Part shown: positions 57,701 through 64,000 of the stretch, piece by piece
Numbering within the stretch: the stretch's first letter is position 1
Layout: the number at the start of each line of letters is the position of its first letter
Assembly (NCBI GenBank): GCA_051294375.1
Contig: CM119269.1
Location: 19,162,418 to 19,226,417 of the forward strand
DNA from: Paraspadella gotoi
Lineage: Eukaryota; Animalia; Chaetognatha
Length of the DNA: 64,000 nt
Reading direction: 5' to 3'
Notes under the pieces: generated by a model
Told to the model about the DNA's origin: nothing
Seen by the model: the letters and a program-made list of their open reading frames with translations, nothing else
The model's database searches: none
Made by a program: the position numbers and the translations under genes

Positions 57701-59820
57701 TTTTTGTTTGATATTCTTAAAGAAAGATAATCCATGTTGTCTTCAGCTTAAAAAAAAACTTCATTCTCGAACATCTAAGTTTGGTTTTCAATTTCCGTGA
57801 AGTTCGAGAAATGATAAAAGCAATATTGCTCTCATGCGGATAAAAGGCACTCGAGGAATCAGCCAATTTTTGTTTTTTGGTTTTTTTAGTTATATTTATT
57901 TATATATATTTTTAGAAATCAAGAGATAAAAAAAGAAAGTCTGTTGTTTGGTTAATTTCATAAAACGTGGGAAGACAAATAATTTTTCGATCGGTTAGTT
58001 CCTTACGTTGTGCTTTGGCGGATTTTCAGTTCATTTTCAGTTATTTTTTTTTTCGCGGTCACGCCGAAGTGGACCTTCGTAATTAAAATTTTTTGCGAGC
58101 CTCTTCTTTCGTATTAAATATTTTAGCTTAGATTAAATTAAGTAAAAGATTTATCGTATAGTCAAAAAGGAAAAAAAAAATGTAAATCATCTCTTCCATT
58201 TCTTGTTGTCTCTTTGTAATAAAAAAGTAATAATATGTAGTAATAAAGAAATAAGGAAAGAAAATGGGATCATGTGTCGCCAATTGCCAATTGAGCCGGC
58301 GGGTGGGCCAGTTTTATCCGGTTTAATAACAAACCTGGGTCCAAGCCAAGTAATTTCCTTTCACTTTTAACTGATGGAGAAACTTCTATTTTAAAATGAA
58401 ATGTAAAAGCTTTTTATTATGACTATGGATTAAATTGTAAATGTAACGATTAATAAGTTAAAAAAATACCATATTTTATTTCCTATCAAACAACAAACCA
58501 TTAGACGATAATATGGTAACATTAACAGTAAACTCATTCTCGGAGGATGAAAACCCTCTAATCAGAATCAATAAAGAAGTGACTTCCCACGGGCATCCGT
58601 CCAATATAAAAGTGATTGAAACATTATTTATCTTCTTACCCCGTAGGTAATCTTTTTCGAGTTTCAACCAGTTTTGACTGGATGTTTAACAAACGAAAAG
58701 AATTTAATTAATGTATCGTGTTATAAATTTATTATTTATCTTGAAGCGAAATTTTTAACAGATCTAGTTCGATTAATGAAGACTTCAAGTTAGTTTACAA
58801 TAAAACAAAATTAGGTACTGATTCTAAAGACGATTTTTAAGATCAGTGAAACGGAAAAAAGGGTGAAAAAAAACCCGATGAATTATTTTTTTAAAGAAAA
58901 ATTACAGGAAAAAAATAGCATGTAACCTGAGTGATTGCCAAAAGCGCGACCGTTTCAGCCACTTATTAATTAACAGAAAATCGGGCCGTGACTCCCGATG
59001 TTAATTTGCGAAGAAATCGTCGAAGAGACTGGGACGCGGGTCCTCGTTCACGCTGGGTTTTTCGATTTTTTTTAAAGTTTAGTTTAGCTTTAATTAAAAA
59101 AATTGCTAAATAAACATTTTATACTATGAGTTTTAAACTGACAATACAATTCCTCTACCTTCTTTAATTTTTTTTCATTTCCTCGACCCAGAACTCGGGA
59201 CCGGTTCGAGCCCGCCCCCGTGCCCGGCCGGCACCTTCTCCGCCCGGCGCGGGTTGACGGCCGCGTCCGAGTGCTCCCCCTGCCGCAACGGGTCCTACTG
59301 CGGATCGCCGGGACTCGTCGAGCCGTCCGGGCTGTGCAAAGAAGGTAAGGAGGCTTTGCGATAAAAAAGTAATGGACTCATGAAAAGTGGGGGAACAGGG
59401 GCATTCTCAATGCGGAGAAATCGTAATGCTCAATATAAACAAATAATTGACGCAGTTGAATTTAAGATACAAATAATTTAAAACAGAAGAGGAGCGCCGA
59501 GATTTTCGTTAATATTTGGAAACAAATCCGAACAAATTAAACTTGAGGTCGGCGTCGTAAACTAATTCGAAACAGGTCGGCCATTCAGAGGGAAAAAAGG
59601 GAAGAATGATCTCGAATCTCGCGGATTTCTAAGAAAAGCTATCAAGCAAAAACAAAACCAGACAAAATCCAAACGATAACAAAAGAGAAGAAGACACATT
59701 TAATATCGGGAATTTTTTATTTGGCACAAAAATAAAAAAAAAGTTCTACCATAACTGTTCAGACGGTCTGATTGACGCTTTTGTTCGATTTGGAAAAAAT
59801 CTCTGAATAACGTCTTGGTC

Positions 59821-59907
<87 letters not shown>

Positions 59908-62017
59908 CCCCCACCCATTTTCCTGCCTTTTCTCCTCCGTTTTTTCAAACAATATCTTTATTTCTTTCTCCTTTATATATTGTTATTCTCTACTTTAATT
60001 CCCATATTTCTCTGTTTCTTCCTTCCACCTATTTCCCCTTTTTTCGCACAGAATCCTGTATTCTTCTCCTCCTTTTCGGTTGATTAATTTCAATCCGTTC
60101 GGTACGAGAGCAACGAAGCTTTTTCCGCTGCTGCCGTCGCCGCCCGTGCTGTTGTCGCAGCTGTTTATGCTGCTGTGATAGTCGTCGTCTTCGGGAAAAC
60201 CTTCCTCCCATTGAACGTCTCTGATCCGAAGAATTGTGGGCGGGTCGGACCACGGGGTAAACCACACCCACCCGCGTTGTGGTCCCGGATAGAAGCCCCA
60301 CAACCATATTTGGTCGGGGGTCTTCGCCCGCGCGCGGCTGCCGATCTCAGTCATTTCCTGGTGGTCGGGAGGAGGCAGGGGAAGAGTAAGCGAGAAGGAA
60401 GGGAGGAAAAAGGGTGAAGAGAGATTAAAAGATAAAAGAGTAAAGGATGGGGAACAAAAAGAAATTAAGCGTAAAAAATATTATGAGTAGAATACTAGGA
60501 GTCGCGGTCGATTCATTAGTTTAATGATAGCGACGAAAATTAATTAGTCCATTGTACAAATACCAGTAAATACTCCAAGATTTTAATTAATTTTTATTAT
60601 AATTCGTTGAAGACTTGAATAAGAATATTGAAAAGAAGCCGATGAAGCAGATTTTCTCGCCTCCGGATCTTCCATCGCCGAGAGAAAAGATCCGGGGAAA
60701 AGATCTCGGCATATTTCTGACGCTTCCTCCCACGTCGCGTCGAAAGAGGATAAGTAGTAGTCAGCGTTCTCCCAGTGGCCGAGATGGTGCCACTGAGAAG
60801 GGACACCATCTGGAGTTGATCAAAACAAGTGGTATAAACTGAAATTGCAGTAGTCAGACCGAACGGTCAAGACCCTAAATAACAACAAATCTATAAAACT
60901 ATATACAATTCGTTGCCTTCACGAATGGGCGAATTTTTGTTCTCATCACGAATTGTGATTGTGTTTACCGTTTTCGAGTCTGGTTCCTGATGCCAAAAAA
61001 ACGGAGAGCAGATTCCAAGGGATAAAAACAATTAAAAAATTGTAATGCATGTCAATTTAATAAATTCGAATACCTTCGGAATTAAAACCCAAAATTTATG
61101 TTGTTTTAAAATTTAACAAAAAAATCGAAATGAATTGATTTTCTTGAGGTTAGAAAACTAACCGCGAGACGCAACACAACGATCAAGACCTGAAATTAAA
61201 AGGACCACAATGAACTCGTCAACGACTGACAGTGACAAGTTTTTTGTTGACGAATTTCGAGTTTCTTGTTTGGTTTCCGTCAGATTCAAAAAGATATGGT
61301 TTCTTGCTCGATTAAAACAAAGAAGATAAGCGGATAAAAGTGGAATCGGAAGCGTGTAGAATGAAATATAAACAGTTTGAAAGGACTGCAAAAAAAAAAT
61401 TGAATAAAAGAGAATAAAATATTTTTTGTTTAGTGAACGCATAAGAGAACGACTCTAAGAATGTACCGATTGCCGCCTCCGCTCATCAATTCCGGCAATC
61501 CGATAGTTTTTGTAAATCACTTACTCCCTAAAATTATACAATATTTTTTTCCTTTTTTTTTCAATTTTTTTACACATTTATTTAATTTTTCCTTCCTACT
61601 TGGAGAATTTGTCTCTTACTTTTTTTTACTATGAGCACATAGAGCAGTTTCCCTTTACTTTCTATAGAATTTTGCTCTTCGGTCTGCACCCACTAGATCT
61701 TCACTTTACAAACAAAAGAACATTTTTCAAAATAAAATATTGGGAAACGTTTTAATGTTTTTTATAACGACTTTATTAGTATCAGAACATATATGTTTTG
61801 GCTTATGTACAAGCCTTCATTAGCGTTAACATTTGTTTTGTGAATTTGTGAAATTATTTTGCGCAAAAGAAGAAGAGAGAGAGAGAGAAAAAAAATAAAG
61901 AGAGAGGGCAAAGTTTCCAACACAGAGATGAGAAAAGAATAGTGGTCAGATGTGAGGACAGGTTCAGGTGAGGACAGATTGAGTTAAATTGTGAAAAAGA
62001 AATTAAATGGTGAAAGG

Positions 62018-62057
<40 letters not shown>

Positions 62058-63970
62058 AATATTAAAAAACAATACATTATGCAAAATATAACAAAGATAA
62101 ATTCTTTAAACTAAAAGTAAAAATAAATATTTAACAGTTAACTACTATAAATTAGTGAATATGAAAATGAAAAATGAAAGGTGATACTAATAAAATCGTT
62201 GTAAAAAACATTAAAATGTCTCCCAATACTCAATGAAAAAAAAGGAAATTCATGATGTCCAAAAATAAAAAAGCAATAAAATTTATTTTAAGTATATCCA
62301 ACCGGTTTTAATCTTTTTTCTGAAACAAAAGAACAGTCCTATTATATTTTATTTATGTTTTTACCCTATTCTACTAGAGAGCACTACAAAAAAAGATGTT
62401 ATTTTTAAGACAAAGGAATATTAAAATAAACTTTAGCTGCTCCCACTAAATCTTTACTTGCACCCACTCTTCAACAAAATAGCAATTTTTTTTAAAAATT
62501 TTGATTATCTTAAATATTTTCTTTTTTTTCTATTGTTCAACAAATATTTTTTTTTATTCTATTTTATTTTATTCTTTTTTTTCTATGTCTTGATCAAAGC
62601 TTTTGAATCAAATATCAAAACAAAAATAATATTGTTTTGCTTTATAAAATATTTTTGCAAGTACCAAAATGATATTAGTACCACAGTAACAGTTCAGTTT
62701 AAGCCCTTGAAAGTGATTTACATGTATTGGCGCAGCCACTAGTTTGCTTGTTCTTTGATCTAAATACTATCCGATATCAGGATATGTTCTCTATTCAATA
62801 CAACGACAACGACGCCAACAATAGACTATTGTGGGCGTCGTTGTCGTCGTTGTCGCCGTCTTCTTCGTATCCTTTCCAGTTTTCGTCAACGATTTCCGAT
62901 ATTTATTTTTAATTATGCTAACGCTATGTTCATTTGTTCCTCGCGCACCTTGTTTGAATCTAACTTGAATGAATATTTGTTTCCTTTCGATGATGATTAA
63001 TGATGATAGTGATCTAGCAGTTAACGAGAAAGACGCCGAGGACGACTATTATGCAAAAAATGATATGTTGTGTTTTTTTGTTGCAATACTAATGATTAAA
63101 TTAGCAAGGCGAATGCAACCATAACGATGACGATATTCAACAAAATTATAGTATAGTATAATACTATAAGCAATAGTATATGAAGAGCAACTCCGCAATT
63201 TTCCCAAAAACAAATAATAACAACAACACCAAGCAACACCATAATAAGAAAAAAGCCGATAATTTCTATCAAAAGGAAATAAAATGAGATGACAACGAGA
63301 ATGATGACGATGACGACGACGTCGTCGAATTGACGAAAGAATCCTCAAAAAATTCTCAGCGGAAGTTGATTTTATCGTATTTCAATACGGGCTTATTAAC
63401 AAGATGCCTAGTTAGTAAAGTGTCCTTTCTTTGCTTTTTAAAATATTTTTAGGAAAAGCGAGAAAAAATCTTGAATAAATTTTTCACGATGAGTCGAGTT
63501 AAATATGACGAATGAGATGAATCGATGTATTGAAACAAAAAAAAATTAATAGAATCGATTTGACTAATTTTACAATGCGGCATTTATTTTTAGAGGGATA
63601 GATTTGCAATTAAGACAATTCCAAAAATACTTTCAAATATTTTATAGGGTAAAGTTTTGCGATCGGCGTTGAAACAGAGCGAATGAATTAATAATTCCTA
63701 GTGAGAATTTGAATCTTCAAAGAATTTTCTTTCATAATAATAATAATATTTATCATGATCTCCACTTTACAGTTCATCCCATGGTTCCTTTTCCCATTTG
63801 ACCCTCAAACCTTTCAGGCTACTACTGTCCAGGCGGCGCTGTGACCCCCGACGCTTTTCCGTGTCCGGCCGGCTACCACTGCCCTGAAGGGAGCCCCCTG
63901 TACGTTAAGTGCCCTTCGGGGTCGTATCAGGATCGAGCAGCTCAAGCAGCGTGCAAAGAATGTCTCGAGG
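4544..63970 (+). CDS. Giant cysteine-rich repeat protein (tandem C-x2-G-x-Y/F-C-P-x-G, ephrin-receptor-like/GCC2-GCC3-type repeats); partial, no start or stop in window
   Basis: Exons with AG/GT ends, phase-compatible from 9774 onward: ~4544-4750*, 5191-5323*, 9774-9891, 10369-10448, 14044-14216, 14302-14408, 14784-14892*, 16422-16544, 17086-17172, 17301-17405, 17481-17673, 41861-41991, 42130-42351, 42453-42596, 42796-42916*, 42999-43181, 43559-43681, 43775-43868, 44056-44345, 44559-44707, 44933-45057, 45174-45352, 45504-45659, 45897-46101, 46262-46447, 46684-46830, 46919-47215, 50364-50561, 51156-51363, 51443-51621, 51716-51852, 51977-52076, 59192-59344, 63818-63970 (* = contains indels). 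Examples: CPTASYCPSGTAYPKKCPSGTYS, CPAGYYCPQGSTHPLRCPPGLYQ. Confidence 0.9.
5990..9730. repeat. Local near-duplicates (5990-6787 vs 6813-8230; 8250-8900 vs 9075-9730), probably assembly or haplotype duplication
   Basis: The same sequence occurs twice with dense small indels. The first pair sits either side of the 25-N gap at 6788-6812. Confidence 0.75.
6953..7683. mobile_element. ~730 bp fully palindromic (foldback/MITE-like) insertion
   Basis: TGTGGCCACCTAGAAGAA...TTCTTCTAGGTGGCCAC termini. The arms align along their whole length to a central hairpin at ~7278-7340 (GGTGAATCGGGCC...GGCCGGATTCACC). The element is absent from the duplicate flank at ~6110-6150. Confidence 0.75.
9774..17673 (+). 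CDS. Exon cluster (9 exons) of the giant Cys-rich gene
   Basis: SCTTCPPGFACPKTDSNTMTECPLGTMSSGGREKCEDCP|AGYECPSKFESHKTECAAGTFSLKNEE|TCTDCPAGEACP... Phases match at each junction; exon 14784-14892 needs indel correction. Confidence 0.9.
10205..10620. repeat. (TTTC)n and (GAAA)n microsatellites flanking exon 10369-10448
   Basis: Directly visible tetranucleotide arrays at ~10205-10315 and ~10510-10620. Confidence 0.95.
12786..12791 (-). terminator. Pol III oligo-T terminator of tRNA-Gln
   Basis: T6 run on the - strand about 17 nt downstream of the tRNA 3' end. Confidence 0.7.
12809..12880 (-). tRNA. tRNA-Gln (anticodon TTG), intronless, nested antisense in a host intron
   Basis: Reverse strand GGTTCCATGGTGTAATGGTTAGCATTCAGGACTTTGAATCCTGCGATCCGAGTTCGAATCTCGGTGGAACCT, 72 nt. 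Acceptor stem, CAGGA-CT-TTG-AA-TCCTG anticodon arm and GTTCGAAT T-loop are intact. Confidence 0.97.
15769..16326 (+). mobile_element. Internally deleted Tc1/mariner element (558 bp)
   Basis: Perfect 26-bp TIRs CTATCTAGGAAAAAAGTATATAACAT with TA on both sides. It retains the transposase C-terminus IWKNILLSYLNLLYEGMPRRMQAVVEAKKGHTKY* (~16095-16253), matching the Tc1 MPxRxxAVxxAKGGxTKY ending. Confidence 0.9.
18256..23777 (-). CDS. Mytilectin-like beta-trefoil protein, copy 1 (indel-rich sequence; supplies exons missing from copy 2)
   Basis: Same exons as 33226-38154 but with frameshifting indels. Unique coverage of exons 19975-19908 (RFTFVSFLSDEDGSANSEQLVPG) and 19834-19595 (..LDLAIVLFDFILRLRRKGLSFHMHGIDFLQKTETKRSLLAVAYISKNNRAATKFKPPYIFFQ), and of the 3' end (possible TSCCAI* at 18256; unresolved). 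Confidence 0.65.
22561..23195. mobile_element. Palindromic MITE-like element (copy 1)
   Basis: ATAAGGCGTAGT...ACTACGGCCTTAT termini, with arms complementary to the centre (TTCATTAAGTGGGT/ACCCACTTAATGAA). Confidence 0.7.
27685..32980 (+). pseudogene. Frameshifted duplicate of 16 exons of the giant Cys-rich gene (probably a low-quality allelic or assembly copy rather than a true pseudogene)
   Basis: Exon-by-exon match to 41861-47215 with many 1-3 nt deletions. Confidence 0.75.
33226..38154 (-). CDS. Putatively N-myristoylated mytilectin (MytiLec/CGL)-like beta-trefoil protein with possible aerolysin-like C-terminal domain, copy 2 (cut by N-gaps)
   Basis: Exons 38154-38012 (GC donor), 36819-36721, 36269-36149, 35763-35680, 35334-35236, 34798-34713, [gap], 34141-34055, 33936-33853, 33815-33653, 33413-gap. 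The first six are phase-compatible. Protein: MGNKKSK...FPNRYKLVLVSDRSLRAEFYFERKHGEWGYLIHV...ALFFYDDETGRIIH...FRFTFVS, resembling MytiLec KLVLHSD..R..FQF....WGYIKHV / ALFAMD....IMH / EFIFVS as recalled. A probable 5' UTR exon has its donor at 38448. Confidence 0.75.
36998..37611. mobile_element. Palindromic MITE-like element (614 bp) with 6-bp target-site duplication
   Basis: TIR ATAAGGCGTAGT...ACTACGCCTTAT, flanked by TGAGTA at 36992-36997 and 37612-37617. Arms are complementary over most of their length. Confidence 0.8.
38869..41189 (+). CDS. Possible Asp-rich (highly acidic) protein gene nested on the host strand; duplicate at ~24530-27040
   Basis: Mixed GAT/GAC Asp tracts with non-repetitive spacers (DEDYYDYPDDD..., EDDDAGDDDESDDDFSPTERKPTETEESCDFRDEE). 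The donor AAAGA|gtaagg (~39365) is phase-compatible with the acceptor at 41069, giving EKPKDDIDDNGDDDDENDAENDAHDDDDDDDNYGPRK. No start codon is resolved and indels are present. Confidence 0.4.
40545..40697. repeat. ~150 bp inverted-repeat element (also 26396-26547; single end at ~11835-11866)
   Basis: GAAATTGGTACAACAA...TTGTTGTACCAATTTC termini. The same end motif recurs at an independent locus. Confidence 0.55.
41510..41760. repeat. Degenerate TGCCATCTCT/GATGCC minisatellite (also ~27340-27600)
   Basis: The TGCCAT core is repeated at roughly 15-30 bp spacing. Confidence 0.55.
41861..47215 (+). CDS. Exon cluster (16 exons) of the giant Cys-rich gene, better-preserved copy
   Basis: Exon 17673 ends in phase 2 (CAA GG) and 41861 continues (A CAC TAC TGT = G-H-Y-C). 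The 16 exons are open and phase-compatible except for a 1-nt deletion near 42850. Confidence 0.9.
47391..49756. mobile_element. ~2.4 kb non-autonomous element with ~430 bp terminal inverted repeats
   Basis: 47391-47830 is the imperfect reverse complement of 49305-49756 (CTATGCCAAAT/ATTTGGCATAG; GACTTACCTACC/GGTAGGTAAGTC; TGACAAAATCCAAAAATTACT/AGTAATTTTTGGATTTTGTCA). The interior is AT-rich with no transposase ORF. Confidence 0.75.
50364..52076 (+). CDS. Exon cluster (5 exons) of the giant Cys-rich gene
   Basis: DSEGGASASDCRPCSGGRFCSGEGLASPSGLCSAGYFCLGG...GPCHSGFYCKPGSSVPNPQNSTEGDLCPEGRYC, with canonical GT-AG sites in phase. Confidence 0.9.
52966..56392 (-). CDS. Class A (rhodopsin-like) GPCR, 11 coding exons; adenosine/GPR119-like flavour, ligand unknown
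   Basis: Exons 56392-56165, 55736-55609, 55480-55386, 55300-55166, 55082-54991, 54849-54770, 54669-54543, 54382-54314, 54038-53977, 53878-53499, 53165-52966, all GT-AG and phase-compatible. Motifs: SNALVI (TM1), NLAVAD (TM2), ALDRFIYITYPLHY (TM3), W..SLVVGCLP (TM4), FVLCWTPF (TM6), NSAINPLVY (TM7). Confidence 0.95.
56288..56348 (-). repeat. 24-bp coding tandem repeat (PSNSSQIR x2.5) in the GPCR N-terminus
   Basis: GAATT(C/A)GAAGGGCGAATCTGCGAC is repeated. Each unit encodes an N-S-S sequon. Confidence 0.85.
59824..59903. repeat. (CT)n microsatellite, representative of many CT/GA, ATTT, ATTC and GAT arrays in the window
   Basis: Directly visible. Other arrays at ~4850-5115, 14635-14745, 14897-14977, 18410-18522, 20992-21075, 42680-42780. 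Confidence 0.95.
59995..61300 (-). CDS. Divergent C-type lectin-like domain protein; 5' end unresolved
   Basis: Exons: ?-61163 (FIVVLLISGLDRCVASR, donor gttagt); 60809-60661 (DGVPSQWHHLGHWENADYYLSSFDATWEEASEICRDLFPGSFLSAMEDPE, GC donor); 60357-59995 (EMTEIG..IWLWG..GWVW..WEEGFPE..SC..FVAL..RILCEK). Phases match. CTLD pattern W-x-x-A-x-x-x-C / L-x-x-x-x-x-x-x-E / WLxG / ILCE. Confidence 0.8.
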
Positions 63971-64000
63971 GTGAGTTTTTTTACTGAATAATGATAATAA

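Noticed and set aside
62800-63400. Short acidic or Thr-rich frames on both strands
   Set aside because: Interrupted by stops, with no consistent splice chain.

Overview
AT-rich, microsatellite-laden eukaryotic (metazoan) DNA from a gap-filled draft assembly, with nine N-gaps and noisy indel-rich stretches. The backbone is an internal part of one giant + strand gene: about 34 exons and ~1,770 aa read by hand, running off both window ends. It consists almost entirely of C-x-x-G-x-Y/F-C-P-x-G cysteine repeats (ephrin-receptor-like/GCC2-GCC3 type). Its introns host other genes: tRNA-Gln(TTG); an 11-exon class A GPCR (-); a divergent C-type lectin (-); a possible Asp-rich protein (+); and, most notably, a multi-exon - strand gene. 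That gene encodes a putatively N-myristoylated, mytilectin (MytiLec/CGL)-like beta-trefoil protein with degenerate sugar-binding motifs, a possible aerolysin-like C-terminal domain and a Lys/Glu-rich tail. About 14.3 kb (18591-33133 vs 33226-47390) is present twice, most likely as uncollapsed haplotypes or a gap-filling duplicate. Mobile DNA includes a decayed BEL/Pao integrase, an internally deleted Tc1 element and several palindromic or long-TIR non-autonomous elements, one with its empty site next to it. All exon coordinates and translations were derived by eye; family assignments are from remembered motifs, not database searches.
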